Shown: positions 51,920-64,000 of the stretch, in pieces
Layout: the number at the start of each line of letters is the position of its first letter
How positions within the stretch are numbered: position 1 is the first letter of the stretch
DNA from: Anthoceros angustus
Taxonomy: Eukaryota; Plantae; Anthocerotophyta
Reading direction: 5' to 3'
Length of the DNA stretch: 64,000 bases
Assembly (NCBI GenBank): GCA_010909165.1
Contig: MU008215.1
Coordinates: forward strand, 62,001-126,000
The notes under the pieces: generated by a model
Told to the model about the DNA's origin: nothing
Database searches by the model: none
What the model saw: only the letters and a program-made list of their open reading frames with translations
Translations under genes and position numbers: made by a program

Positions 51920-54768
51920 TATGTCAGCAGGGAAGCTTTCTGAGGCCGTTGGAGCCCTGGAATCTCTGGCGCAGACAGATCTGCTATTTCTCAGTCTCTG
52001 GTTTGCACTGTGCTGAAACTGTGTACAGCTAAGAAGGATTTGGTTGTGGGGCGACGAGTTCATGATCTCACTGTCAAACTTGGTACGAGTCGATTGCATA
52101 CGTGGGGAACCATATCTTGCGCATGTATGCATGTGAGGCAGGCTAGAGGAGGCCATGGATGTGTTCACCAGGGTAGGCAAACCAGATGTTTTCATGTGGT
52201 CTTCCATCTCTGCCCATGCTAAACATGGGAAACCTACAGAGGCCATACAACTGTACCATGCAATGCGTAGGTCAGGAGTGAAGGCGGATGCTCACGTCTT
52301 CGTAGCTGCCCTTCAAGCTTGTGCATTTGCCGCCGACTTGGAATCTGGCAGAAAAGTGCACTGTGATGTGATGCAGAGTGGCATTTCTACTAACTTGTTT
52401 GTTGGCAGCTGCCTGGTGGACATGTATGCAAAATGTGACAAAATGAAAGATGCACGCCAGGTTTTTGACAGTATGAACACTAAAAATGTGGTGACATGGA
52501 ATGCCCTGATAGCTGGGTATGCAAAATGTGGTGAACTGAAAGATGCACGCCAGGTTTTTGACAGCATGAAGACAAAGAATGTGGTGACATGGAATGCCTT
52601 GATAGCTGGGTATGCACAGCAAGGGCTCGGACATGACGCGCTTGTTCTGTATAAACAAATGGAGCAGGAGGGCCTCATTCTGGCTGATGCTGTCACTTTT
52701 GGTTGCCTTCTGAAGGCCTGTGCAGACACTGGCGCCTTACAGAAGGGCAGGCAGCTGCACTCACAGATTGTCGAAAGAGGACTGCTGGATGACGTCCTGG
52801 TGGGCACCGGCCTTGTGGACATGTATGCAAAATTTGGTGAACTGGAAGATGCACGCCTGATTTTTGACAGCATGAACACAAAGAATGTGGTGACATGGAC
52901 CGCCCTGATCTCTGGGTATGGTGCGTGTGATGAAGGTCTCAAGGCACTAGCTTGTTTTGAGGAGATGTTAGTTGCCGGTATTCAGCCTGATGCTACTTTT
53001 CTTGCCTTCTAGTAGCATGCAGCCATGAGGGACTGGTGGATGAGGGGCGCAAGCACTTTGATTCCATGGCTGAACAGCATGGCATCAAACCTACTATTGA
53101 GCATTACACCTGCATGATTGATCTTCTTGGGCGTGCAGGCCATTTAGATGAGGCAGAGAAGATGCTATTATCATTTTGGCTGACCACTTTGCTTGCCTTC
53201 TGAAGGCCTGTGCAAGCACTGGTGCCTTACAGAAGGGCAGGCAGCTGCACTCACAGATTGTCGAAAGAGGACTCCTGGATGACGTAGTGGTGGGCACCTG
53301 CCTGGTGGACATGTATGCAAAATGCGGTGAGCTGGAAGATGCACGCCAGGTTTTCGACAGCATGAACGCAAAGAATGTGGTGACATGGACCGCCCTGATT
53401 GCTGGGTATGGTACTTGTGATGAAGCTCACAAGGCACTAGCTTGTTTTGACGAGATGTTAGTTGCCGGCGTTCAGCCTGACGGGGCTACTTTTTCTTGCC
53501 TTCTAGTAGCATGCAGCCATGAGGGACTGGTGGATGAGGGGCGCCAGCGCTTTGATTCCATGGCTGAAAAGCATGGCATCAAACCTACTATTGAGCATTA
53601 CACCTGCATGATCGATCTTCTTGGGCGTGCTGGCCATTTAGATGAGGCAGAGACGATGCTATTATCATTTTGGCTGACCACTTTGCTTGCCTTCTGAAGG
53701 CCTGTGCAAGCACTGGTGCCTTACAGAAGGGCAGGCAGCTGCACTCACAGATTGTCGAAAGAGGACTGCTGGATGACGTAGTGGTGGGCACCTGCCTGGT
53801 GGACATGTATGCAAAATGTGGTGAACTGGAAGATGCACGCCAGGTTTTTGACAGCATGAACACAAAGATGTGGTGACATGGAATGCCCTGATATCTGGGT
53901 ATGGTACTTGTGATGAAGGTCACAAGGCACTAGCTTGTTTTGAGGAGATGTTAGTTGCCGGTATTCAGCCTGATGGGGCTACTTTTCTTGCCTTCTAGTA
54001 GCAGTCATGAGGGACTGGTCCATGAGGTCGCAAGCACTTTGATTCCATGGCTGAACAGCATGGCATCAAACCTACTATTGAGCATTACACCTGCATGATT
54101 GATCTTCTTGGGCGTGCAGGCCATTTAGATGAGGCAGAGAAGATGCTGTCATGAGGCCAAAGTGATGTTGTGGGCTTGACGTCTTTGTTGAATGCCTGCA
54201 AAAGTCACGGGGATATAGAGGGCGATGTGGTGTTTTGAAAGCATTGTTAGGCTGGACCCCAGAGGCGCCAGCCTATGTGCTCATGGCCAATGCCTATGCA
54301 GATGCAGGTAGGTGGAGCGATGTAGACAGGATTGAAACACAGAGAATGGTAGCAGGAGCTAACAAGAAACCTGCAGTGGCGACCATTGAGGTGAATAACG
54401 AGGTCCATAGGTTTTTGGTGGGAGAAAGGAGAGAGGATATTGCACTGAAGGTGGAGGGCACGAATGCACGTGTGAAGCAGGAAGGAGGCCATATACCTCA
54501 CACAAAGTTGGTGTTGAAGCCACTGTCTGAGAAGGAAAAAGAAGATGTGCTTTGTGGGCATGCTGAGAAGCTAGCTCTGGCGTTTGGTCTCTTGAACACT
54601 CCGAGTGGGACACCTCTGGTGGTAACGAAGAATCTACGCATGTGCAGTGACTGCCACAGTTCCACGGAGATCATGTCAAGGCTTGAACAGAGAGACATTG
54701 TTGTAAGGGATGGATACCGGGTGCATCGATTCGCAGCTGGTTGTTGCAGTTGCAAAGGTCGACCGTGA
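51920..54768 (+). CDS. PLS-class PPR protein with E1-E2 and a DYW:KP ('GRP') deaminase domain; organellar RNA-editing factor; frameshifts as given, true start probably further upstream
   Basis: P/L/S motifs ([31 protein letters not shown]) and P2-L2-S2 ([17 protein letters not shown]). The deaminase domain reads [45 protein letters not shown]-stop. Confidence 0.93.
52425..52616 (+). repeat. 93-bp in-frame tandem duplication creating an SS-type PPR motif
   Basis: TATGCAAAATGTG...ATAGCTGGG at 52425 and 52518. Confidence 0.9.
52680..54150 (+). repeat. ~495-bp tandem triplication of the L1-S1-P2-L2-S2 block
   Basis: TGAAGGCCTGTGCA starts at 52711, 53201 and 53695. Confidence 0.93.
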
Positions 54769-55180
54769 GAGCAAAGATGAACCAGCCAGTGCTGAAGTGT
54801 GTACCCCCTAAAATGTTGCTTTTTTCCCCTTGTGGTTGACTGTGCTGTGCTCCATCCTGTCCAAACTGACAAGGATGCCGAGTACTGATCCACCTCCTAG
54901 CATGACACAGATAATTAGAATCGAATGAGTGGAATGGCGCTAGTGATATATCAACGTCAACCGAGTGGCCACTAGGCTCGGCAGCATCTGCAACCCTTCG
55001 CATCCCCTATTCTCAAGAGGGCTACCAACCGTCATGGCACTTCATCTGAAACACGAAGTGACGATTAGAACAAGGTCTCCTTTTTGCAAACCGCATAAAA
55101 AACGAAGTAGTATGTTGATTTTTTAGTCATGTAGATTGGATACTTATCTGTAATGCTAGCTGATTATCGTTGCTTTTGAG

Positions 55181-55352
55181 ACTTACTTCTTTACCATGCT
55201 GCTAGGAAGAGGTCAATGCTGAGATGGGGCTAGGACAGCTTACTTCTTTACCATGCTGCTAGGAAGAGGTCAATGCAGAGATGGGGCTAGGACAACTTAC
55301 TTCTTTACCATGCTGCTAGGAAGAGGTCAATGCTGAGATGGGGCTAGGACAG
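55181..55352. repeat. 57-bp minisatellite x3
   Basis: CTTACTTCTTTACCATGCTGCTAGGAAGAGGTCAATGCTGAGATGGGGCTAGGACA repeated head to tail with no spacers. Confidence 0.95.
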
Positions 55353-55400
55353 GTACACACACCCTTGGTGTATGTGTCCACCTGTGGACAAGGAGAAAAC

Positions 55401-56484
55401 TGTGGACTCCCCCTTAGGAAGGTAATAGACAGTTTTTTTTGTGGTTTTCGTTAGTGTTTGGGTGGGAAATAAGGCAGAAAAAGGGAAATAAAGTTGAATA
55501 GGGGAATGGCGATGGACGACAGGAGGCGATGGGGTCAGGTACGCGGGACGCTCTGGACTAGGCCACTCCGGACCAAACTCCGGAGTAGGCATCTCCGGAC
55601 CAAACTCCGCCGGTAAGTCCGCTGGAGAAGGTAACTTCGAAAAAGGGGTGGAGCGTAATAGGCAAGGGGGCCACGTGTACGGTGCTGAGAGGAGGATGAG
55701 CATGCAGGGGACAAGGGCCGCAGGGTTGTCAGCGGCCGTTATAGACACGTAACCATGACCCAAGGACATGCGCCAAGAAGGCGGCGGCGTAAAGCTAGAG
55801 TACACGATGCAGGACTCTGGCAGTTACTGGCAGCGAAAGGACATCTTCCCGCACTTCAGTTACTCCCGACGCTCTGGCGTTGAGAGAAGGCCATTCTCTC
55901 GACCGACTTCTCAGCAGTTTTCGCGGTCACTCGCACTCAGGCATCCCGCTCTCTGGCGCCTCCTCTTCCGACGCACAAGTGTATCGCCGAGCGGCCATCG
56001 CCTTCCAACTGCGCGCTCCTTGCTTTGGAACTTGGCGAGAGTATCCTTGCCCACCATCTCTGGCCGGATCACGGAGGGCATGGGACCCAAGAAGGCGGCG
56101 GAGGGAGCCTCAGGCGGCAGTGAAAAGAACATCGTCACAAAGGCGCATTTTGGCCCCTAATTTGGTGAGGCGGAGGCTGAGTCGGGAGTGGCACTTAGAC
56201 ATTTTCCGGGCAGTATGGACTTTTGATAGCGTGGCGTTGGTCCGGGAATACGCCCGGAAGATGTTGGTGGCAGCCACCATTCGTTCGCTCTTAGAGCTTG
56301 CAAGAGGACCCGAGGAGGTGGACGGTGGAGGTCCTTAGGGCGGTCCATGATCCCCCAGCAGAGGAAGTCGGGGGCGTAGTGCCGGAGCCCCTAAAGGTGA
56401 AGGGGAAGGTGGAGGCTGCGAAGGTGGCGCTCCTGAGGCCGGGACGCAGCGGTCCTCTAACGGATGGCTCTAAAGGAATAGATG
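55401..56484 (+). mobile_element. Family B LTR, 5' part, interrupted by the Copia element
   Basis: TGTGG start and T-tract; diverged reverse complement of ~41700-42688. Confidence 0.72.
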
Positions 56485-56688
56485 TGTTGGAATCATGATT
56501 ATGGTTCATTCAGTTAAGTTATTTTTAAAGGTCATGGCGTTTCATTAGGGTTACGTCTGTTCGTAAAGGCGTGGCTTTTGGTTTGTACTAAAACCATTAC
56601 GAACTTTAATTCTGTGCGTATTCTTTACATTTATAGTGTGATACAATGTAATAAAATTATTAAGCTGTATATTCCATTTATCCTAAAA

Positions 56689-56700
56689 TGGTATCAGAGC
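56689..56700 (+). promoter_or_regulatory. PBS (initiator Met tRNA)
   Basis: TGGTATCAGAGC. Confidence 0.93.
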
Positions 56701-57050
56701 ACATTAATATGCAGGTTGCATTTTGATTAATGCACGTTGAAAAATGCATTTAAAAAGAATGCATTTGAATATAGTTTTTGTTGTTTTTGATTTAGAAAAA
56801 TGTTTTCTTGATCAAGAAACCAAAAACTTAAAGAATACAATTTGTGTTGTTTATTTATATAGAAATTGATGCAATTCTTGGCAAATTAAGGAAGTGATCC
56901 TGGCGCATCTTTCCTGAATTGTTATTTGAACAATTTCAGAAGAAATGCGCTAGGACAACTACCTAATCTGCAGGTAGATTGTCAGAAACATTTTATATAA
57001 AATACAATGTCAAAAGAAAACATTTAACAACACAAAATCTGGCCTGATGA

Positions 57051-57581
57051 ATGGTTGGCCAACATGCGGGCCGGCACCGTTACCTACTATTTGACAATTC
57101 CACAACACGGAATCGTAGCGAGGCAAGGAGCACAAGTATAGAAACGATTCTTGAGCAACTTCATCAACATATAATTGAATGGATTGCCAGAACTCAAAAT
57201 CAGCCTGTGCTCGCTCTTGAAATAAGAGAATCCTTTAATACCTTGATTGAAGCACTCTATCCTGATCAGCGCCACTTGGTAAGTGCCCTTCCACCTCGAA
57301 ACCCTGATAATCTCCCAGAGGTGCATGTTCAGAGGGCTTTTGATGGGAATGGTCATCATAGAGGCTTTCTAACAACACATGTATCACCACCTACCAGTGT
57401 TGCACAATTAGTGAACAGAATTGAATCACATCAGCAACATGTGGATACACATTTTAGCAGCATTATACAAAAGGTGTCTGCTACTAGTGTAGACTTGAGA
57501 GACTTACAAGAGCAGATAGGTCATTTGGATTTCAAACTTCTTATGTTGTTGAAGCCAGCCTTGCTTGCTAACCACACTTAG
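57051..57581 (+). CDS. Extra ORF between the Copia PBS and gag; unknown 176-aa protein with a C-terminal heptad pattern
   Basis: Uninterrupted ORF in an AT-rich leader; VDLRDLQEQIGHLDFKL. Confidence 0.55.
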   Translation: MVGQHAGRHRYLLFDNSTTRNRSEARSTSIETILEQLHQHIIEWIARTQNQPVLALEIRESFNTLIEALYPDQRHLVSALPPRNPDNLPEVHVQRAFDGNGHHRGFLTTHVSPPTSVAQLVNRIESHQQHVDTHFSSIIQKVSATSVDLRDLQEQIGHLDFKLLMLLKPALLANHT

Positions 57582-57890
57582 GGTGTAGCACGTAAGAGCA
57601 TAAGAAAACAAATAAGAATCATATGTTTGGAAGTCCAAATTCATGTCCTTCTTGCTCTGTATATGCTTTCAATAAGTGGGAGATTAGAAATCAGAGAATA
57701 ATTAGTAGAATACAACAACGAGTCAGTAGCTGTACTTGCAGCTGACAGACTGCCTAATGTTGTCAATATTCTTTGACTGTGCTGCATGAGCATCGTGTGT
57801 CTGAAGTCTTGAGTCTTTCTAACCCCTGCAACAGCCATCATAGAATCTTAGTATTCTGGGAGTAGCTAACTCAAGATACAAAAGAGGAAA

Positions 57891-60800
57891 ATAGCAGCAA
57901 CAGATACCTCATCCAGTCTAGGTGGGGAAGGGTTCAAAGAGAAAGACAGGTGTGGCCCGACTTTGACCGGTAGCGCCACAATCCGTGTCGTTGTAGTAAG
58001 GGGGTCCGTTCCACAGGGAATGGACTCTTGCTTGTTCTGCCTGAGCTCTACAACCTACCGACCGAACGGACTTCATCAAGTTGGGTCCGGCGGCTCCACA
58101 ACCCTAAGTGTGTGTGCCCCTCCACAACTCGTCGGACCACACGCGCAACCACCGGACCTCCCCACAAACCTCGCCCGGGTTTCTCGATTACTAAGGAGCA
58201 GGTTTGAGCCGCGTTCCTCCGTCGATCTGCGTACTCCAGCGCGCTCCTCAACTCTCGGCCATAGCTCACCTCAACACAAGCATAGCAGTCTTCCTCCTTA
58301 TCCATCCCGGATAGTAATCACAACACCAACACGCCGATGTATTCACACCGAGCCGCCTTTGCTCCCTCCGGATGCTTCACATTTTGCGGAGGTGGCCGCG
58401 GCCTGCAACCTGACCTCCGTTCCGGCCTCGAGGATGGCTTCCGCCGAGACACCCCAAGCGCCTCCCAATCCCCTCGGTGGCTTCATGTTACGGAGGTGGC
58501 GACTGCAACCCCACCTCCGTTCCAGCGGCCTCCAGGGATGGCTTCCATGAGGTCATCCACAGCCCCTAACCCCTCAGGTGGCTTCACGTTGCGGGGGTGG
58601 CTTCCTGACTGCAACCCCACGACCTCCGTTCAAGACCTCAAGGTTAGTCACTTTTAGAAATCACCGCGAGCACCTCCACGAGCTCGGGTCCGACACCGGT
58701 GTGCACCCATCAAGCGTGTTGGCGGAGCTCGTCAGAGCTCTAAACACATCCCTCTACCACCAATTAATCACGCACGGTGGCGAGAACTCACTCCGCTTCG
58801 AGCATGGGCAAGAGCACCACAGTGCGAAGATGGTACCGGGATGATGCCGTCTTGGGCCGAGCCTTCCTATACCCCACATACCTAATCTAACCCGCCTATG
58901 TATGTACCCCTAACACAGGTCATGTTAACGAGGCGTAGCTCATCATTACAGCGGACTTCTTCCACAGCTACTTCCTTTCCAGCGATAGATCCGTTCCAAA
59001 CTATGCCAACTAGACTCGCCGCCGGGCTAGACCCTCCGTCGGACCGCGGGGCCAGACCCTCCCTCGGACCTCGACCAGACGGACCACTCCCGCCCGAACC
59101 TCGGCCGGGCCAGACCACTCGGACCTCGGCCGCAGACCACTCGCCGGACCTCGGCCGAGACCACCCGGACCTCGCCCGGACCACTCCGTCGGACCTCGAC
59201 CGGACCACTCCGTCGGATCTCGACCGGACGGACCCCTCCGTCGGACCCCGACCGGACGGACCACTCCTTCGGACCTGTTCACGCCCCAACGGACCCAGGG
59301 TTAGGGATTGCACTCTAAGTGCAATCTGGCCAAAACGGCCTTATTGGCTAACTCCTCCCTATCCCTCTTAATAGTAACGACCCAAAAAAAACAAAACAAG
59401 CCTAAAACCAGTCACCAGGAGTGCGGACATCGGTTTTGGCACTCCACAACAGGTTTGGTGGGCAAGATTACGATATATGGGTAATTAGAATGAGGGGAGC
59501 CTTGCAGAATAAGAAACTCTGGAAGGTAGTTATTGGGGATGATAAGCCCCCAGTTGTCTCCACTCTACCCACTGCTGAAAGCAAATTCAGGATGCATGGG
59601 ATGCAAAAGATGAAGCGACCATGTTCCTCATCGAAGTGGTCTTACCTCGGACATGTTAAGGCAGACTTGGGATGTACAAATTGATCTGCTCGGACTTCAA
59701 GACTGTCATGCGGTGACCGAGACAAGTTAGATGACAGCTTTGCGAAATGTACAGCTTTGCAAAATGAAAGATGGAGAATCAATCGAAAAGCATCTTGGAC
59801 ATTTCAGAACACTTGTGTCCAAGCTGGAAAGTGCTTCAAACGAGGTTATAAAGGATGAAACACTTACACTTTATTTCCTCATATCCTTACCAGACTCTTG
59901 GTCACATTTCGTGACCTCCTTTAACGCTTTCAGACTCCAAACTGAGAAACTTGCAAAGGCTTCAAATGTTTCCCTTCCAGAAACCACCTTTGCAGAGTTA
60001 GTGGGAGCATTACTACAAGAGGAAGCAACAAAGTATCAGAATAAACGTTCTGGTAAACAGCAAGCCCTCTATACATCCAACATAGGATGTGGAGGAGGAA
60101 GACCCTAGCGGTGGGGCGGTACCTCAAGGTGGTGGCTCACAGGGCGAGCCAATCGGAGAAAACCAAAAGGAGGAAGCGCAAGCTGGTGCAAGTTACAGTC
60201 CTTTGGGAGCGTGAGTCTTGGGAAAAAGCAAGCTGGTGTTCCTCGCAAGGTGGGTTCAACCAGTGCTGAGACTCACGTGGTTGTGAAGAAGCAACCAACC
60301 CCTTCTGCCCTCACAGTCGGTACAATAGTGTTTGCAACAAGTTCATTCTTGTCTCCTGCATGCCTGTCCGCAAATACAAATGTTAAGCATACCATTGATT
60401 GGTAATTAGACACAGGGGCTACAGCCCATATTTGCCAGAAGGAGCATTTCAAGCGTACAAAGCATTAAGGATCGATCGTATACCTAGGTGATGGCGGATC
60501 CCTAGTTTCTCACAGTCTTGGCACAATAGACACGAGTTCCATCGAAATGTGTTAGTCTTGCGTCTACTCGTCACGAGATGACACAAATCTCATTTCGATC
60601 GGTGAATGCGATAATCAGCGACACATCTTATTTACTCAAACAGAATGTCAAGTACTAGATGCTTTTAATCATACAAAAGTACTGGCCTATGGGTCTTCAG
60701 ATAGAGACTTGTTTTGTCTCCATATAGATAGTAGCTTACCATTCTTAAACTTGACAAAGGGTGCAACAACTGCGTCTGCACAACAGATAGAAAAGTCAAA

Positions 60801-63714
60801 ATTGTGGCACTCACGACTAGGCCATCCACATTCAGCAAAGTTACAACAACTAGCTGTCAGCGATCTTTACCAACATGGGCATATAGGGCCTCTGGTACCA
60901 CTTCCTTTGTGTGAATCTTGTGTTCTTTCAAAGAGACATCAAGCAGCCTTTAAAAACAAGGCACCTCACAGGGCTTCGGATGTCTTGGAACTTGTCCATA
61001 CAGATTTGTGTGGACCTCTTTCACAGGAGTCCATTGGTGGTGGAAAATACTTCCTGACATTCACAGATGACAAAACGAGGTTTGTTACTACTTACATTTT
61101 GAAGCAGAAGAGTGAATGCTTTACTCACTTTAAGGATTACCTTAAGTATGTTGAAAGATGGACTGGAAAGCAACTTAAAACTTTAAGATCAGACAACGGG
61201 GGAGAGTTTACCTCAAATGAGTTTCAGGATTACTGTTTGGCTGAGGGCATTGGTCGCTGACTTCTGATCGTCTATACTCCACAGCAAAATGGCGTAGCTG
61301 AACGTCTTAACCTAACGTTGTAGGAGATGACATCTTCTCTTCTACATCATGCTCAGCTCCCCCTGCCATATTGGGCAGAAGCCATTATGACATCAACTCT
61401 TAAAAATAGATTGCCCACAACTTCAGTTGTTGGACTTACCCCGTATGAAGCCTTCACGCGGCGCAAGCCATCCATTCTTCACCTGCGCACCTTTGGCTGT
61501 GTAGCATATGCTTTTGTTCCTAAAGAGAAGAGGAAAAAGTTATCAGACAAGGCACGTAAACTTCTGATGCTAGGCTACACAGAGGGCATCAAGGCATATA
61601 AACTCTATGATGTTCCCAAAAATAAAGTAATATATGCCAGGAGTGTTACCTTTGATGAAGGCAGCACTTGGGCATCAGTGGGAGCTTCCCAGGATCCCCC
61701 TCTTGAGGATGATGATGACACAACAGTGCTTCCAGATTCCCATTTTGATCAAACTGATCATGGGACTCAAGTTGTTCCTGCTGAGGATGTTGCCCCTGTG
61801 GGTGGGGATGCTCCGGCTGATGATCTTGTTGATGATTCAGCAGGTTTTGACCTTGTTGGTCTTGAAGACGTAGCTGCAGAGCCTGCACAACCAGATGTAC
61901 ATGACAATCATCAGGATCAACAGGATCACCATCCTCCAGAACAAGCTATTGCGATTGAACCTGCCTTTGATGCTGCCCTAGTTGACCCTCCAGCTATTGA
62001 CGAATCAGCTAGAAGGTATCCATCTCGTCATAGACAACCTCCTGATTATTACCGTGCTCCAGACTTTCGTGTTTCTTCTTCCTATGTGACAATCAATGCT
62101 GCAACCTCTCTGGACCCCATTGAACCTCAGTCCTATGAAGAGGCGTTGAGTAGACCTGATCACAAAGAATGGGAAAAAGCAATTCAGTCAGAATATGACT
62201 CCTTGATGGAGAACGGAACTTGGGAGCTTGTGGAATTACCTTCAGACAGAAAACTGGTTTCATGTAAATGGGTCTTTAAACTAAAAGTTAAGGCAGATGG
62301 TACCTTCGACAGGTATAAAGCTCGTTTGGTGGCGAGGGGTTTCTCCCAAATCCCTGGTTTGGACTACCTTGAAACCTTTTCTCCAGTTGTCAAGCTGTCC
62401 ACACTCCGTATTATCCTTGCCATATCCACACATTACAATTATGAGTTACAGATGTATGATGTCAAAACAACCTCCTTGTATGGCAAATTAGACACTGAAA
62501 TATACATGCAGCAGCCACCAGGATATGAAGTAAAGGGTAAGGAAAATCATGCTTGCAGACTGATCAAGTGCATCTATGGTTTGAAGCAATCAGCTATGAA
62601 ATGGAATGCTGCCTTAGACACTGAACTGCTACAGCTTGGATTTACTAAGAGTCAAGCTGACAGCAGTTTATACATACATCTAAAAGGAGAAGTTATATGC
62701 TATCTGGCAGTGTATGTGGATGATCAAATCTTATCCAGTAACAGCCAGGTTTTCATTACTAGCATCACAGATGTGTTAGCCACAAAGTTCAAGATGTCCT
62801 ACTTAGGACCTTTACAAAGTTGCCTTGGCATACACATTCAAAGAAACAGGAAAACACGTGTTATGACTTTGACTCAACCACGTTACCTTCTTGATTGTGC
62901 TGAGTAACTTGGCCTTAAGGACGCAAAGCCTGCGTCAACACCCATGTCAACTGGTCAGAAGCTAAGTAAAATGATGTCACCTTCTACTCGTGATGAGAAA
63001 GAGCAAATGAAAAACATACCTTACAGACAGGGTGTTGGTAAGCTAATATATGCAAGCAACACAACAAGGCTTGAAATAGCATACAGCACAAGTGTACTTT
63101 CGCAATTCCTGGAAAACCCAGGACTGGAACACTGGACAAGTCTTAAACGTGTCTTCAGATACCTGAAAGGCACAGCCAAAATGGGCATTACATATAAATA
63201 CCAAAATGGAAAAGCTTTGGACCTTGAAGTCTTCACAGACTCTAACTACGCTGGTGATATTGATAGTAGAAAATCAGTGTCAGGCTATGTAATCTCGATC
63301 GCTGCAGGGCCAGTATGCTTGTCAAGCAAAAAGCAACCAACTGTTGCTTTGTCTTCAACAGAAGCGGAGTATCGCGTTCTGACTGCAGCAGCCAAGGAAA
63401 TAGTGTGGTGTAAGTTACTTTTCAAAGAGCTGGGAATACCAATTCCAACTTGCGCGACTATCCACACAGACAACCAAGGTTCGATGGCTTTAGCGAAGAA
63501 TCCAGTATTCCACGCACGCACGAAACACGTTGAAGTTGAATATCACTATATAAGAGGACTTGTAGCAGAAGGCAAAATAGAGCTTCAGTATGTCCCAACA
63601 CAGGAGAACCCGGCCGACATACTCACTAAGGCTCTGAGCAGAGATGCTCACTACAAGCACATCCAGCGTCTAGGCATGGGAGAGGAACAAGCTCTCTCAT
63701 CCAGCTCAGTTTAA
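57891..63714 (+). pseudogene. gag-pol: Copia gag-pol, frameshifted and split by a solo LTR
   Basis: Gag: FGGQDYDIW...KLWKVV, LISLPDSW. Protease: LDTGATAH (~60405). Integrase: LWHSRLGHP, HTDLCGP, RSDNGGEF. RT: YKARLVARGF, IYGLKQS, VYVDD. RNase H: FTDSNYAGD, ADILTKAL. Confidence 0.93.
57951..59414 (-). mobile_element. Short family B solo LTR (~1.46 kb, no ORF) inserted in the 5' end of Copia gag
   Basis: TG...CA ends and TSD ACAGG/CCAGG. Shares GCGCCACAATCCGTGTCGTTGTAGTAAGG with 38136 and has a CGGACC array at 59030-59275. Removing it joins GFKEKDR to SADIGFG. Confidence 0.8.
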
Positions 63715-63728
63715 ATCAGAACCTAGCT

Positions 63729-64000
63729 CTAAAACTCCGGTGTATCACAACCATAAAAAACAGCAGTATATCCAAAGTCTATTTCGTCTCCAAATTGCAA
63801 GCATTCGGAAGTAGACTCATCTTCGGTGCTGGATGGTTTGTAATGGCCACCGGGTGACGGTTCTTCAGTGGAACTTGAATGGTTTCTTCTCCTGGATGGT
63901 GCTTCCTCAACTTTCTCCTTATATTTCTGCCTAGCCTCTTCTTTGATCCTCTCAGTGGACTCTACACACACATCAAGAAACAAAACCACGTTAGCAACCC
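63729..64000 (-). CDS. 3' end of an antisense ORF convergent with Copia pol
   Basis: Open frame from near the window edge to a stop 15 nt after the pol stop; protein-like ERIKEEARQKYKEKVEE. Confidence 0.4.
   Translation of the reverse strand, partial: VANVVLFLDVCVESTERIKEEARQKYKEKVEEAPSRRRNHSSSTEEPSPGGHYKPSSTEDESTSECLQFGDEIDFGYTAVFYGCDTPEF

Larger units (their letters stand above)
56485..64000 (+). mobile_element. Ty1/Copia LTR retrotransposon (3' LTR beyond the window)
   Basis: ~200 bp LTR from TGTTGG (56485 to ~56687), Met-tRNA PBS, and gag-PR-INT-RT-RH domain order. Confidence 0.93.

Noticed and set aside
55181-55352. Possible CRISPR-like array
   Set aside because: The 57-bp units are head to tail with no unique spacers, in eukaryotic DNA; it is a minisatellite.
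1-64000. Treating every frameshift as real pseudogenisation or programmed frameshifting
   Set aside because: Indels are pervasive, often in homopolymers, and differ between paired LTRs, which is consistent with consensus error. Coding status cannot be settled without polishing.

Overview
Repeat-dense plant nuclear DNA. The one clear host gene is a PLS-class PPR protein ending in a DYW:KP-type deaminase domain (KKPA..., HAEKLA, C-terminal GRP). That domain type points to a U-to-C-editing lineage, most likely a hornwort (inference). Almost every long reading frame carries small indels, many in homopolymers, so the window is probably a noisy long-read consensus; there is a single-N join at 37189. 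Left to right: (1) a minus-strand non-chromoviral Ty3/Gypsy element with a 3.6 kb LTR (family A); (2) two direct copies of a ~3.8 kb cassette carrying a neprosin-like and a PR-1/CAP-like gene, each copy flanked by a different long inverted repeat; (3) a DDE-transposase remnant and an internally deleted family-A element; (4) nested long LTRs of two further families (B, C); (5) the PPR-DYW gene with a triplicated L1-S1-P2-L2-S2 block; (6) a Ty1/Copia element with extra ORFs. There are two best candidates for something new. First, the four cassette junctions reconstruct to one palindromic ACGT target occupied in both orientations, which suggests an invertible or site-specific cargo cassette. Second, three LTR families carry a protein-coding ORF inside the LTR itself; two have a TATA box and clustered CCAAGGA motifs upstream of it, and two have ORF-less short derivatives.
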